Part shown: one piece after another, positions 20,296 to 36,499 of the stretch
Position numbering within the stretch: position 1 is the stretch's first letter
How the letters are laid out: each line of letters opens with the position of its first letter
NCBI RefSeq assembly: GCF_009914755.1
Contig: NC_060925.1
Strand: one strand, 5' to 3'
Length of the DNA: 64,000 nucleotides
DNA from: the human T2T-CHM13v2.0 reference genome, Homo sapiens
Position numbers and translations under genes: made by a program
Notes under the pieces: model-generated
Databases searched by the model: none
Told to the model about the DNA's origin: nothing
What the model saw: only the letters and a program-made list of their open reading frames with translations

Positions 20296-20605
20296 TTTAC
20301 CTGACTTTTTTTTAAATTATTTTTTGAGACTGAGTCTCGCTCTGTCACCTAGGCCGGAGTGCAGTGGTGCGATCTCAGCTGACTGCAACTTCTGCCTCCC
20401 AGGTTCAAGCGATTCTTCTGCCTCAGCCTCCCCAGTAGCTGGTATTACAGGCTTGCCACCACACCTGGCTAATTTTTGTAGTTTTAATAGAGATGAGGTT
20501 TCGCCATGTTGGCCAGGCTGGTCTCGAACTCCCGACCTCAAGTGATCCACCTGCCTTGGCCTCCCAAAGTGCTGGGATTACAGGGCTGAGTCACCACTCC
20601 TGGCC
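18000..20605. mobile_element. Alu cluster: (TA)n ~18022-18061, Alu- ~18063-18353, Alu+ ~18647-18957, AluY- ~19012-19303, Alu+ ~19802-20105, (CT)n(CA)n ~20233-20293, Alu- ~20318-20605
   Basis: Alu consensus matches; TSDs ttttctcagatttt and ttacctgact. Confidence 0.85.
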
Positions 20606-21410
20606 TTACCTGACTCTTTGATTACATTTTTTTATTTGTCCCTTTGAGTAGAAGGGTAGAATGGAAAGAATGGAATTATGGGTCAGAGACTGCATCGCCT
20701 TCAGGGCTTTGGTGACCTGTTTCGTCATTTACTTGCAGCATCTGCCTTCCTGTGATGAGAGGGCCCTCCATATGACAGCCAGCTTCTCTTCCAGAAGGTG
20801 GTGCCCGTTTACTTTCCCCGCACTGATATCGGAGAGCACCTGTCTCCTGCATGCTTGCTAGCACTGGAGTCTTAAGAGGCATATCTTTTGCTAATTAAAA
20901 GGGGTATTTTCTCCAGAAAGTATTTTTTAAAAATAATCTTAAAAAATCACACATGTAAATCATCTTCACAGAGAAAATTTAGAAAATACAGGGAAGCAAA
21001 ATCTAGAAGAGATTAAAAATCATCTGTCATTTTTCCACCCAGAGATAACAATTGTTGACATTTTAGTTTGTGTCCTTCCAGGTTTTTTCCATCTGTCTGT
21101 GTGTGTGTGTATCCATCTATCTATCTATCATCTACATATCTATTTTTTACAACAATAGAGTCATCTTCTCTATCCTCTTTGGCAACTCACCAAATAAATG
21201 TGATTTAGGTAATGAATATGCTTTGGGGATACTCAGGGCTATCAAATTAGCCATGATATTAAACGTGATAATAAGCCATGACATGAAAAAGCTTGTAATC
21301 CAGTGGGAAGACCCAAGCCTGAATCCACAGTGGAAACAGTTTTCTGTGCTTTTCTGCTTCCCCTTGCACCTGCTAATAGCCCCCCTGTGTGATCAACCTG
21401 TCTCCCCTAG

Positions 21411-22358
21411 TTTTAGATGACCACACACCGCAATGTAACTGCACGCCCCCAACTCTCTGCACCACCATCTCCCACGGGATCTACTATATCTACTACCTCT
21501 ACCCCTTCAACATAGAGTATCAGATCCTGGCCTCCACAGTGCTCTACGTCCTATGGAAGAACATCGGGCGCAAAGTTGACAGCCATCAGCACCAGAAGAT
21601 GCAGTTCAAGCCTGATGGGGTCACAGTGGGCACAGTCCTGGGCCTGACCGCGCTGGCCGCCACCATTGCCGTGGTGGTGGGTGGTGTACCTGATTCATAT
21701 TGGGTGCTCCAAGACCAAGAGCAAGTCAGCACTCATCACGTTCTACCTGTATGTCATCACCCTGATGAAGCTTATGGGGGCTGCGGGGCTGGCTGGAATC
21801 CGGATTTACAGGACAGATGAGAAGTCACTGGATGAGTCCAAAAATCCGCCCCGCAAACTGGACTCGGACCTCTTGGTGGGCACTGCCTCAGGCTCCTGGC
21901 TTATCTCCTGGGGCTCAATCTTGGCCATCCTTTGTGCCGAGGACCACCCCCACTACACCTGGTACAACCTGCCCTACTCCATCGTGGTGATCGTGGAGAA
22001 GTACATCCAGAACCTCTTCATCTTTGAATCCATTCACCGAGAGCCTAAAAAACTCTCTGAGGACATCCAAACCCTTCGGATGGTCACAGTCTGCAATGGC
22101 AACACCATGCCCCTTGCTTCCTCCTGCCTCAAGAGTGGAGGTGTGGCCGGAGACGTGGCTCCCTGGGGCAGGGACATGCCACCAGCAGCCAATGGAAATG
22201 TGTGCCTGAGAGAAAGCTGTGACAAGGAGGAGAAGCACGAGGAGAGCAGCTGGGGAGGGAACCCAAGCCCAGTCCACCTTCCTCGTTTCTTACAGGGCAA
22301 CGCCAAGAGAAAAGTCCTGAGGAATATTGCAGCCTTCTTGTTCCTCTGCAATACTTTG
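21411..22358 (+). pseudogene. OTOP1: OTOP1-like exon 5 (948 bp; frameshifted)
   Basis: cccctAG|TTTTAGATGAC. ORF 21389-21820 gives LDDHTPQCNCTPPTLC...YPFNIEYQILAST. ORF 21666-22391 gives VYLIHIG...RKLDSDLLVG...EKYIQNLFIFE...RNIAAFLFLCN. Frame switch at 21671-21686. Donor GTAATC at 22359. Confidence 0.95.
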
Positions 22359-22384
22359 GTAATCTGCACCAAGTTATTCTTATT

Positions 22385-23445
<1,061 letters not shown>

Positions 23446-25353
23446 TTCTCTTGGCCTTTTTAAAATAAGGAATGGAGGCAGCTTGTAATAAAAATACTGT
23501 AAGTATAAAATTACAATATAAGGCTGGAAAATAGACCTATATTCTACAAATCTACCTACTAAAGACTTGCTGTGTGCTAGGGGCTGGGCTAGGTACTAAA
23601 GATTAAAGTGGAAAGACTCAGTCTCTTTCCTCTAAAAGGTCTCAGTATAATGGGGGAGGGAGACAATGAGCAAATCTAATATAGTGAACAGGACAAGTGC
23701 TGAGATGGGCTTGTGCAAGGTGTACTAGGAGCAGGGATCCAGAAGGACTTCAGTGAGTAGTGGGTGCTTGAGGTGAGGCCCAGTGTCAATCAGGAGTGCT
23801 TTTAGTTGCAAGTGACAGGCAATTTGATTCACAGTGTCTTCAGTCTTAACAATGTTTAATTATCTCATGAGAATTCCGGAGGTTGGCTGCTTGGGGTTGG
23901 CCTGGCAGCTGAACCATGTCATCAGGCATCCAGGCACTGTTCATCTTGTCACTTGGGTGGTGTGGTGTTTGTTGTGACATGGTCATGAGATGGCTGCAGC
24001 TGCACCAGGCATCACATCTGGGTTCAAGACAGAAAGCAGTGGGGAAGGGCTGGTGCCAGACAATGTCTCTCATGTGGGCACCCCTCACTGCAAGGGAGGC
24101 TGGGGAAGTAGAGGGTTTGCTTCCCAGCCTCTCTGATGGAAGGTAGCAAGGGAGAGGAAGGTGTACAGTCACTCACCCATCTGTCTGCATCAGCAAGGAA
24201 TGACTGGAAGTTCACCAGGTTATCAAGGCGGGGAAAAGCATTTCAGGCAGAGACACACAATATGTGAAGACACAGAGGCAAAAGACACCATGGCATGTTT
24301 TGAGAGCACCAAGTAGTTTGGCATAAATTCCATGTGTGTTAAGCAGAGTAGCAGAATGGGAAATAGGAGAGAGGGCCCAGGTAGGTGGACTCTGGCTTGA
24401 GCAGGGCTTCCTAGGCCTGGCTGGAGTCTAGTCTTTATGTTGAGGGCAAGGGAAGACTCTCTCAGATTTGTGTTTTGGAATGATCCTCCCAGTAGCTGTG
24501 TGTAGCAAGGACGGAGACAGATAGGGCCAGAAGCAGAAAGACTGGGAGAGAAAGCCCTGCAACAGCCCAGGCAGGAAGGGGAGGAGCTTGAACTAGGGCA
24601 GTGATGGAGGGATGGAGAGAAGAAAAAGGAATAAGAAGCATTGTGTGCTGTTGGGATTTTTTTAAAGACACATAAAGGAAGGATGGTGGGGGTCAGTAAG
24701 AAGGAGGGGGAAGCAGCCTTTGCCACCGCATGAGTCTCTGCAGTGATGGTGACTGGTGGCTGGAGGGGAGTGCCCCAGTCCACAGAGGTGCCTGCCCATC
24801 ACTCTGGGTGAAGTCAGCTCTGTGCTACTAGCCTCTGTTATCAAGCCTGCTCCCTGTTGCCCCAGCAGCTCAGAGGCTTTTGAGCTTCCTCCCCTGAATT
24901 TCAGATGGTGCATACGGGGTCTGCAGCTTTTGATATCACCCTAAGAACACAAAGTTGGGAAAGTAAGTCCCTTCTAAAGTCAGAATGGCTGTGTGTCTGC
25001 CAAGCAAACCTGATCCACCCTAGCCTTGGATCACCCAGGTTCCTTCAGTTTGCTAGGCAGTGAGGAGGGGCTCTGAAGGTGGAAGGCCCAGAAGAGTTTG
25101 GCTGCAGGGAGACCCTCTTCTCCATCTAACAGACATTTGCCAGGCACCTGCTGTATGCCAGGGACTATGTCAGGGGCACAGCAGTGAGTCAAAAATTGAA
25201 AGAGTTAACAAGAGAGATAGATACTGTAAGCTGCATTTTTTTGAGGTGCATATTCCAAAATGCAAATTCTTATAAAGTCAGAGCTAGTTCTAGAATCTTC
25301 CTCAAGTATATGCTTTTTGTACATATCCTGTGATTAATATTAATATACATATA

Positions 25354-25640
<287 letters not shown>

Positions 25641-26479
25641 TAATATTTCTTTTTAAAACTAAGTTCTGAAAAGTTGTCTTTCCCTGGTTGCCTTTTTGGT
25701 TGACCACTGGGTGAAATACTTGGCTTGCATTTTTGGACCCACTTGAAGAAAGATAGCACTGTCCGAAATACCAGAATCAAGTGGCAATTCATGGTCTGTC
25801 AGGACCCGAAAGCCAGACCCAGGGCCCAGTCCAAGGAGAAGGGTGGGCTCCGTCTCTTCCTCCCTGTGCTTGGCCCATGATGCCCCCAGGCACTGGTTGG
25901 GTTCTGGGGGGTTGAACCAGAGGATGGAAATCATCGCAGGGTGGAGTCTTAGGATACCCGTGCTGGCTCATGGGTGGCACTTTGAAACCTTGTGGTTGAC
26001 CCCAGGTGGTGCCAAAGGCATCTGGCAGAGAGCAAGAGCTGTCTTCTCCAGCATCGGGAGCCAGTCCAGAGGCCCCAGCTGCAGGTGCTGATGTGCATGT
26101 CCAGGTGGAGTGGGCTCCACTCCAGAGACGGACATGGAAATGTTAGTTGAATTTCCAGGAGCCGTGGCACTGGAGACAACAGAGGGTGGTTGTGGTGACC
26201 GGGAAGGGCAGGGTGCTGTGGGAGATGGGTCAGGGAAGGCCTCTTCTAAGGAAGGGTGTGGATGGGGCTGGGATGAGAGACTATCAGGGCAGAGCTGCAG
26301 GTGTGGGGAAGGGACGGATGCAAGGCAAGGCAGGGCTCACTGGACATGACCTGGGAGCACAGAGCAGAGGGCAGAGGGGAGACCACACAGGGCCTGCGAG
26401 CCAAGACTCAATCCTAAATGCAACAGAAAACCATGGAAAGGTCTACACTGAGAGTGACGGGATCTGACTCATGCTTATT

Positions 26480-26810
26480 TTGTTATATTTTTAATTGTGG
26501 TAAAAAACTCATCAAATAAACTTTCCCATTGCACCCACTTTCAAGTGTATAGTGGAGTAAAGTACGTTCACATTGTGCAAACATCACACCATCCATTTCC
26601 AGGTTATTCTTGTCTGGCAAAACTGAAACTCTGCCCCCATTAAATATGAACTCCCCATTCTCCCCAGCCCCTGACAACCACCGTTCTTTCAGTCTCTAGG
26701 AATTTGACTCCTAGACTCCTCATATAAGTGAATTTGTGGAGTATTAGTCCTTTTGTGATTAGGTTATTTCACTCATCATAACATCCTCCAGGGTCTCCAG
26801 GTTGCAACTC
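26480..26810 (-). mobile_element. L1MB-like 3' fragment
   Basis: ttaattgtggtaaaa...aaaactgaaactctgccccattaaa...catataagtgaa. Confidence 0.7.
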
Positions 26811-27029
26811 GCAAAGGGTGACAGACGCCAAACATGACCCCTGCCTTCACACTTGAGTTCCTGGGGAGATGGTGATACTATGTTGGAGATGGAGGAGGAC
26901 TCTGGAGGAGGGGCAACCTTGGGAGCAGTGGGTGGAGGTCAGTGTGGAAGGAAGAACCAGAGTTAAGTAATGAACGTGTTCTGTTTCAGGTGCCTCTGTG
27001 GCATCCAAATGGACGAACCCAGTAGACAG

Positions 27030-27552
27030 ATATTTTGGTTTTCTATTGCCGTGCAATGAACTACCACTAATGTATGACAAAAGCAACATGCATGACTGTT
27101 TTTGTCCCATAGCATTTATTGTGACTCGTGGCTTTGTGGGTTAGAAATTCTGGCAGGGCTTGGATGGGCAGTTCTGTTCCTCACAGCATCAAGTGAAGTT
27201 GGTGAAGCCTTGGCCAGAAGCTCCGTGGTCTGGTGCCTTGGGTGGGGGTGGCTGGGAGGCTGGGCTCAGCCAGGACTCTTGACTGGGGCATCCACAGGTG
27301 GGTCTCCAGCATGACGTCTCAGGGTGGTTGGACTCCATGCGTGATGGCTGAGGGCCCCAGAGCTGACCCTCCAAAAGACTGAACTGGAAGCTGCCTGTCT
27401 CCTAAGGCCTGGGCTTGGAAACTGCATGGTGTCATTTCTGCCATATTTTATTAGTCATGTAGTCACAGAGTCCATCTAGATTCAAAGAAAGAGGTCATAG
27501 GCCACTTCTCAATAGGATAAGTAACAAGAATTTCCAGCCAACTAAACAGCAC
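27030..27552 (-). mobile_element. MLT1-type MaLR LTR
   Basis: ttttctattgc...gtgggttagaaattctggcagggctt...gtcatttctgccatattttattagtc. Confidence 0.6.
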
Positions 27553-28805
27553 ATATAAAGATGTGGATTTCAGAAAAGAGGTCCCATTTTCCTGCCTTCC
27601 TTTCTTCTCCCTTTTCCTCCCTGTCTCCCTTGCCCTTCCTCTCACCCTTCCTTTAAAAGGTGTCCCTTAAGTACCTACAGAGGTACAGGGACTGCTATGA
27701 ATGGTGAGGGTACAGCAATGACCAAGATCTCTGGTCTTCCTCTTATGGGGCTTACAAACCAGGCAACAGCAGGTGAAACCATCAACTGAGCAAGAAAGAC
27801 ACCTTATAGTGTACCCGTGTTAAGCAGAGAAGTGGAAAAGGAGGGTGTGGGAAATAGCTCTTGGGCTGCCATTGTAGATCAGATGGACCAGCTTAGCGGG
27901 AAGGCCTCGCTGAAGGGTGACACGAGACAGGAAGGGGTTGGCCACGCATGTTCAGGGCAGAGGGAACAATGGCTGGTATAAAACCCCCAGTGGGAGTGAG
28001 CGGGTCTGGTTTGAGAAACAGGAAGAAGGGTTGCCTGCAATGTGGGTGGGGTGAGTGGAGAGAAGCGTGGGTGGTTAGAAATCAGCTAACAGAGCACTTT
28101 ATCACTCCGTGCGGGAGTGTAGAATTTATTTTAAATATTTTGGGAAGACTTTAGGGGTTTAATCAAGGTAGGGACAGGATCTGATTTCCATATAATGTAA
28201 ATCTGGTGGCCGAGTGGAACCCTAGTTCGAGCTGGGAGACCAGGCACGGGGCCACCGCCATGGTCCAGGTGAGAGAGGCCGGCTGGACAGGTGGAGAGAG
28301 AGAGCCACAGGTGGGCTGAAGATACTGCTTTGGAGGTGCACAGTGGAGATGCGCTGAGGGACTGGATGGGAGGGGGCATGGTTATGAGAGTAGGAGGGAG
28401 ATAAGGTTGACACCTGGAGCCTCGATGGACCACCTGGGAGGACGATGTAGCTGAGCAGATGGAGAAATGGGGAAGGTGGGTTGAGTTTGAGATGTGTTTT
28501 AGACACCCAAGTTGCCACCGGAAACTATGAGTCTGGGGTTCTTGGAAGTGGTCCAGGCTGGAGATTGAGACTGGGAAGTCATAGGCCTATAGCTGGTATT
28601 TACAACCAGGGACTGGGAGAGAGCCCCAGGGTTCATGTGTAGAGAGAATAGAAAGGGACCCAGGAATGAGCCCTGGACGCTGGCTAACATTAAGAGGCAG
28701 AGCAAAGGATGAAACAGCAAAGGAGACTGGGAGGGACCCGCCGAACAAGTAGGAGAGCTCCTAAGAGTCACAGCAGCCAGTAAGCAAAGCAGAAGAGAGG
28801 GGTCT

Positions 28806-29415
<610 letters not shown>

Positions 29416-29457
29416 TATACCAGGGAGTGTTCTGTATGGAGATACAAATGAAGGCTA

Positions 29458-30022
29458 TGTGTCTCAGTTACCTATTGCTATGGAAGAGACCACCCCAATA
29501 CTCAGCAACTTAAAACAATGTACATTTATGATTTCATAGTTTCTCTGACTTATGAATCCAACTACAGTTTTAGCTGAGTATCTCTGCACAGGGCCATTCC
29601 CAGGCTGAAACTGTTGGCTGGGGCTGCATTCATTTCAAGGCTTGACTTTCCGAGAGGTGGCAGAGGATTTGTTTCCAAATCTACTCATGTGACTGTTGGC
29701 AGGATTCAGCTGTGGCTTGTTGGGCTGAGGGTCTGAGTTCCTTGCTGGCTGTTGACAGGGGTACTCCCTGGGCCCCTTGCCGCATAGGGTGCTTCGCAGC
29801 ATGGCAGCTCTGCCACCTGTCTTTCAGGAGAAGATGAGCAAGAGGGATAGCAGGTCCTTTTGCAACCTAATTTCAGAGGTGACTTCCTGTGTCTTTTGCC
29901 ATATTTTGTGAGTTGGAAGTGAGTCATTAGGTGCATCCCACACTAAAGGGGTGGGGACTCCACAAGAGGGTGACTGCAGGAGCTGGGGATCATTGAGGGT
30001 CATCCTAGAGGCTGCCTGCCAC
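29458..30022 (-). mobile_element. MLT1F-like MaLR LTR
   Basis: cagttacctattgct...cttaaaacaat...gaggctgcctgccaca. Confidence 0.65.
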
Positions 30023-30558
30023 AGCCAGGGAGTGGAGGAAGCTGAAGAAGGGTGCAGCCTGAAGCGGGAGTGAGGAGCCTGACAACTCAAGGGGTGGCAG
30101 AAAGGGAGAGAACTGGGACAGAGAAGAGCCTGAGAAGCAGGGAACAGTGTGTAGGTTCTGTGAGCAACACAAACAAAAGTCACTGCTTTCAGTTTTGCAA
30201 ACTTAATTCTCATCTAAGCCCTCTCAGACACGTGTTAGAATTCCCATCTTTCAAATGAGGAAACTGAGGCTGGGCGAGGGCTGTAGAGATGGAGAGAGTT
30301 GGATGGGTTCAAAGAGCACTCATTAGGGATGGATTGCAGGGAAGGGTGGGTGAGGAAGTGAGCAGGATCATGGCAGACATGGATTTGGTGGTTTCTGTGG
30401 AGATGGGAAATGCCACGAGGTCTCCTTATTGTTCTGTCAGGGGTGACTCAGTCCCCGTGCATCAGGGTCAGCTCCCATGAGGCCTGGGACTTGAGTGGGG
30501 CCTCCGTGGTGGCTTGGAAGCTGCTCCCCACCACAGGCCATTTTCTCTTCTCTTGCAG

Positions 30559-30729
30559 CTTTGGATACCTCCCGCTTTTGGCTGTCGACCTGAGTATGAC
30601 AATGGATTGGAGGAGATTGTCTTTGGCTTTGAACCCTGGATAATTGTGGTCAACCTGGCCATGGCTTTTTCTATTTTCTATGCAATGCACGCAGCTGCCT
30701 CCCTCTTTGAGGTCTATTGTAAGATATAG
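30559..30729 (+). pseudogene. OTOP1: OTOP1-like terminal coding exon 6
   Basis: Polypyrimidine tract + tgcAG|CTT TGG ATA = LWIPPAFGCRPEYDNGLEEIVFGFEPWIIVVNLAMAFSIFYAMHAAASLFEVYCKI*, the OTOP1 C-terminus. Confidence 0.95.
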
Positions 30730-32112
30730 TCTGGGTCCACAAGAGACTAACAAGTGACTAACAAGAGTGAGCTAACAAGAGTTCATTGGAGCCAACTGGG
30801 AATGGCCAGGTTGGACAAATATTGCCTGACAAACATGAGAAGGGCCACCTTTTGTCTGCAAAGATTGTGCTTCCTGTGGGCTGGAACTGCCCATCACCCC
30901 TGATGAATGTAAACAAGTTAGATCAAAATCCATAAGGTGGCTGGAATCTGTCCTTGGTTAGTTAAATGCTAATCAAGCCCAAATTATTTTATTGCCTTCT
31001 AAATGATTTAGAAGAATGTGATTCTGGCTTGGGAAAAAATCTATCCAGTTTGTTTTTCATAAAAAGCATTTTCTTTGTGTCATTTATCATGTGACTCCAT
31101 ACAACCTTTTCCTGACCACCTGCATAGTAATTTATACTTTAAAAATTTATCCTTCTCAAAGCCTATGAATTTAGACACAATCACTATTGTTTCTGAATAG
31201 GTTTAATTTCTTGAAGTTATTTTTATCAGCTGGATAGAAATTTGTATACAGACCCATATAAAAACACATTTCTTACCTGAAATGTTGGCACATTTTTGTG
31301 ATCATTTTCAAGTATTTTTAAAAAGAAATTTCACTGTTCTCTCTTTCACTGTAAATACACACATGTTTATTGTAAAAAATTTGGATATTTCAGAAAAGTA
31401 GAGAGAAAAAGTCACCTACGATGCCATTGTTCAATTAACAATTACTTTTAATATCTTGGTGTATTTCTTCCGACCATGTTGATGAGATTCTTTTTATTGT
31501 CATTATTATACCTTTGAATGGTGATGTAACATATTTGATTTTGTATTCAGTTATTTTCCTACTTAACAATATGGCATAAACCTTGCCCCCATATTGTTAT
31601 AAGTTCTTTATAAATATCATTTTAATGCTGTATGATAGTCTATCAAGTGAATGTACCTTAATTAACATAGTTTCCTATGGTTGGTTTTACAGTGTTTATA
31701 ACTTTTTGCTTTTATAGGTAACTCTGCAAAAATCAACCATATTTGTGAAGCATTTCCTATATTTAGAATTGCTTCTTTAAGATATGGAATTACAATTAGG
31801 ATGCCTAGTCCAAAGATTAAGTTTAGAAATATTTCAAAGGTGCCTAAGGAATATTGACATTTGGGAGGCCTTTGTATAGCTTTTCCACAGCTATTTTAAA
31901 ATAATAATAAAATTAATTTTCTTAATGTAAGTATTAATGTATCTTTTCATTTGAGTGTATTTTTTTTCAGACAGTGCAGGCAATGGGACAGTAATAAATA
32001 CAAAGTTTTTTTTTAACATGACTAAAGTACACTTATTTTAGAAAAAACTAAAAAATAGGTATATATACTAAAAAACAAAGGAAAGCATCATCTATACATG
32101 TCCCATCTAGAG

Positions 32113-32540
32113 AATCGGTTCTCCAACTGGGGACCTTGTTCCTTGAGGGGACATTTAGCAATATCTGAAGACATTTTTTAATATTTATTTTTTATTAAAA
32201 TTAAAATAAATCTAAATTATACATAATATTTATACATACTTACAGGGTACATGTGATATTTTGATATAAACATATAATAAATAATAATCAAATCAGGGTG
32301 ACAGATATTCATACCCTCAGGTATGTATCTTTTTTGTGTGTTAGGAACATTCTAATTTCACTATGTTAGTTACTCTAAAATATACAATAAATTGTTGTTA
32401 ACTATAGTTGTACTTTTGTGCTACCAAACACATTTTTGATTGTTACACTACTGCACCCAGGGATACTGCTAACACCCTACAACACACAGGACAGCCCCAC
32501 CACAAAGTCTTCGGGCTGATTGTCAATGGTGCTGAGGTAA
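32113..32540. mobile_element. MER20-like hAT element interrupted by an L1 3' fragment
   Basis: ggggacatttagcaatatctgaagacattttt...[L1]...acatttttgattgt...cacaggacagcccc...tgtcaatggtgctgagg. Confidence 0.7.
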
Positions 32541-32598
32541 TCTAGAGGTAATTGCTGTTAAGTATTGTTATCTAGGTAGCTATTAGTACACACACACA

Positions 32599-33301
<703 letters not shown>

Positions 33302-34224
33302 TGAAGGCGGTGTTTTTATGTATACTGCGTTTGTATGTAACTTGCTTTTTTCCTCTTGATACACCAGAGTGCTTCTTCCCTATTTTGGGTCCCAGGCATC
33401 GATGCTCTGGCTTTAGTGTGCCTGAGACTCATCTGGGGAACTTGTTAGGATTCCTGCCCTCCAAGCTGGAAGTGCAGATTCAGTCTGGAGGGGGGCCCGG
33501 AAGTCTGCACTTTCATGAGCATCTCAGGGGGTGCCAACTCCCTTTGATAAGCATCTCCTTGGACGTCCATGGACCCCAAGCTAGGACTCCCGAGTAAGTT
33601 TCCTTGACATTGCATATCCATATGCAGTATGATTTTGGGTGGATTTAAGGTACATTCCATGGAAGGATGTACCATTCCTTATTTTTTCAAACGGTGATGT
33701 TGGACATTTAGAGATATTTAGGTGGTTCCTTTTTTTGGTGCTACTGTAAACAATGCTATGGTGATCATCTTTGTAACTGAGTCTTTGAGGTCAGTAACAA
33801 ACTATCCTCTGGAGTGATTTATGCTGACTAAGCAGTGACTGAGCAGGAATACAGGTTTCCCCATTTTGGTTGGCATTACCTTTACCCCTGTTCTAAGCAC
33901 ATTAGAAAAGCCCTGAGGCCTCAGCTGTGGGTTTTGGGCTCTTCCAAGGAGACAAAGGAGCTATCATAATGCTGGGAATGATGGATCCAGGCTGTGGGGA
34001 TGCTATTGTGGACACAGGGCAGCATCAGAGCTTGGAAAAGCCTGCATGGCTGGCCAGGCTCAGCGTTTCCAAGAAAGGATCTAAAGATGGATGAAGCATC
34101 TCCTATCCTCAACAGGCAGCCTCAGGGATGGCTATTTCAGCCAGGTGCTTTTTACCTCCAAGTAATTAAGCATCCTGACTCAACCAGCGTAGGTGGCAAG
34201 GAAAATTTACTATCTTAATGCCAA

Positions 34225-35045
34225 GGCAATTTGCCAAAGAGGAACCAGAATGTGCAATACACAAGTGTTAAGGTCTCAGGGAATACAAATTGAAATAATA
34301 ATGAGTTACCACTTCCCATTCATTAGATTGGCAAGAGTTGGCAAGAAGTGAAAGAAAGACTCATATATACTGCTAGTGGGAGCGTAAATGAATAAAATCA
34401 GATAGGACAGCAATTGGCAATATTGACTAAGGCTGGAGGTACACATTCCTTACGACCTAAGAATTCTGTTCCCTGGCATGTGCTCCAGAGACAACCTCAC
34501 ACCTGTGTTCAGGAATGTTCACTCAGCATAATTGTAATTAGGAAAATGGAAAACAGCCTAAATGCCTGTCAATTAGGAGTGCAGATAGACACACTAGGGA
34601 CAATTTCCATAATGGACTATTTCACAAGAGGAAAAAATGAACACAACAGAATTCATGTATCAACATGGATAGTCCCCCAAAACAATGTTGAATGAAACAT
34701 TAAGTAGTGTAGGGGTATAATTGGTATGATACCATTTATATGATGTCTAGGAACAAGCAAAACAATCCCTGATATTGCTGGGGGATATGTCCATATGTAG
34801 TAAGATTACAAACACACCTGAAGAAAGAATGCATGCCAAGTTCAGTGTAGTGAGAAGGGGAGGGGCTTGGAACCAGCAACTGAGTTCATGCTGTGTCCGA
34901 AATATTTTTTCTTAAGCAAAGATGTATTCATTATGTTTTCATCTGCACTCTTAAAATGTACTCTTTAAATGTACTTTTAATGTATTTTAAAGAAATTTTA
35001 AATGAGATATTTAATAATACAAGTATTTGAGAGCAATAAAAAAAG
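34225..35045 (+). mobile_element. Ancient L1 (L1ME-like) 3' fragment
   Basis: aatacaaattgaaataataatgag...cattagattggcaa...tactgctagtgggagcgtaaat; ends aataaaaaaa. Confidence 0.6.
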
Positions 35046-35335
35046 AAAGTCCATACAAGGAAGATGAACTTAGAGAGAGCTACCAGAGCAGGTAAATTTC
35101 CAGCATTCTTCCATCATTGTTGAGAGATGGGTATCAAAGCCAGTGGTGTTCTGTTCTCCTTGGCAGGTAGATCCCCAAGGTGGGGTAGCTCAATGCAATT
35201 AGCTGGTAAGATCACCGGACTCACTCTTCCAGGGATGACTCCGTGCACATTAGGAAACCTGACATTGGTTTGCCTTCCAATGTCGCTCTTTGCTGTGGGG
35301 GCAATGCCCTGGGCACACATATTATCAGAACAATC

Positions 35336-35705
35336 TGCAATGGACTGGATGTTTGTTTCCCCCTTAAATTCATATGTTGAAGCTTAATGGCAATGTGGTG
35401 GTATTTGGAGGTGTGGTCTTTGGGAGGTAATGAGGTCATGATGGTAGGACCGTTGTGAATGGGATTAGCGCCTGTAAGAGGGGGCCAGAGAGCTTGTGCA
35501 CTTCTTTTCTGTCATGTGAGGATGCAATGAGAAGACAGCTGTCTGTGACCTGGAAGAGGGCCCTCACCAGAACCCAACCATGCCAGCACTGGCACCCTGA
35601 TCTTGGGCTTCCAGCCTCCAGACCTGTGAGAAATAAATGCCTGTTGTTGATTAGCCACCCAGCTTGTGCTATTTTGTTACAGCAGCTTGCACTGAGTAAG
35701 TTACT
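35336..35705 (+). mobile_element. MLT1A-like MaLR LTR
   Basis: aaattcatatgttgaagc...gcaccctgatcttgggcttccagcctccagacctgtgagaaataaatg. Confidence 0.8.
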
Positions 35706-36499
35706 CCCTTACCTGCTGTAACCGTATACAGGAGGGGCCTGTGCATTTGGTAGCTTGGGTTCCTCCCTGAGCCTGTGAAACTCAGATTTGAACTCATGTA
35801 TTTTGGGTGCCATGACTCTTGTCGAGGCAGAGTGAAAGGGCAAGGGCATGGAGCTAGATATCCAGGGTGACAACAGGCTCCCATGGTGCCTGAGTGTGCA
35901 TTAAAAAAAGCACCCCTTCCACAAGACATTCTCCAAACTGTCGAACCAAACCCACCAGCATCTTCCTACCTGCCCATGTGCCGGGGTGGGGGGAAAATTA
36001 GACATGTTTGTCTCCCCACTACAGATGTCGGCCAAAAGATCCAACTGGAAAATGCTTGCTACTACCTTCCAGTTTCACGACCCTCTCAGCTAAGGAAGCC
36101 CTTCCTGCATCCATGTCTCTCTATGCCTGTCTGTGAAGTCCCAGCTCACAGCTGACCTGGTTAGGTAAGCACTGTTATTTTGTTTCAACGGAGGGAACCT
36201 TTGGATTACATGTACATAGCTAGTCAGTGGCAGCATTTGGTTCATCACGCTGGTTTTAAAAACTCCATTGCCTTTTCTCTTCATTAGTCCTATCATCTTA
36301 TGAAGAAAGTCAACTCAGTAAAAATATCCGTCAAACAATGGCTTAGGGATATGCGTACAGAACAATCAAATCAGCTGACAGAATATCTGGCTTTTCACCC
36401 AGTTATAAAATGTTGTGCTTTGCTTAACATGGTGAAGAACGAAAGCTGCTAACAGCTGATTTCTTTCTCCCAAAATGTGAGCCCTGCTATGGGAGAGCG

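Noticed and set aside
12334-21686. Compensating frameshifts (-59, -5, +9, +4 = -51) restoring a full-length ORF
   Set aside because: The net frame is restored, but exon 2 spliced to exon 4 hits CAA TGA about 20 codons into exon 4
31993-31998. AATAAA as the poly(A) signal of the OTOP1-like unit
   Set aside because: Plausible, but hexamers are common in this AT-rich stretch and it cannot be supported without transcript data
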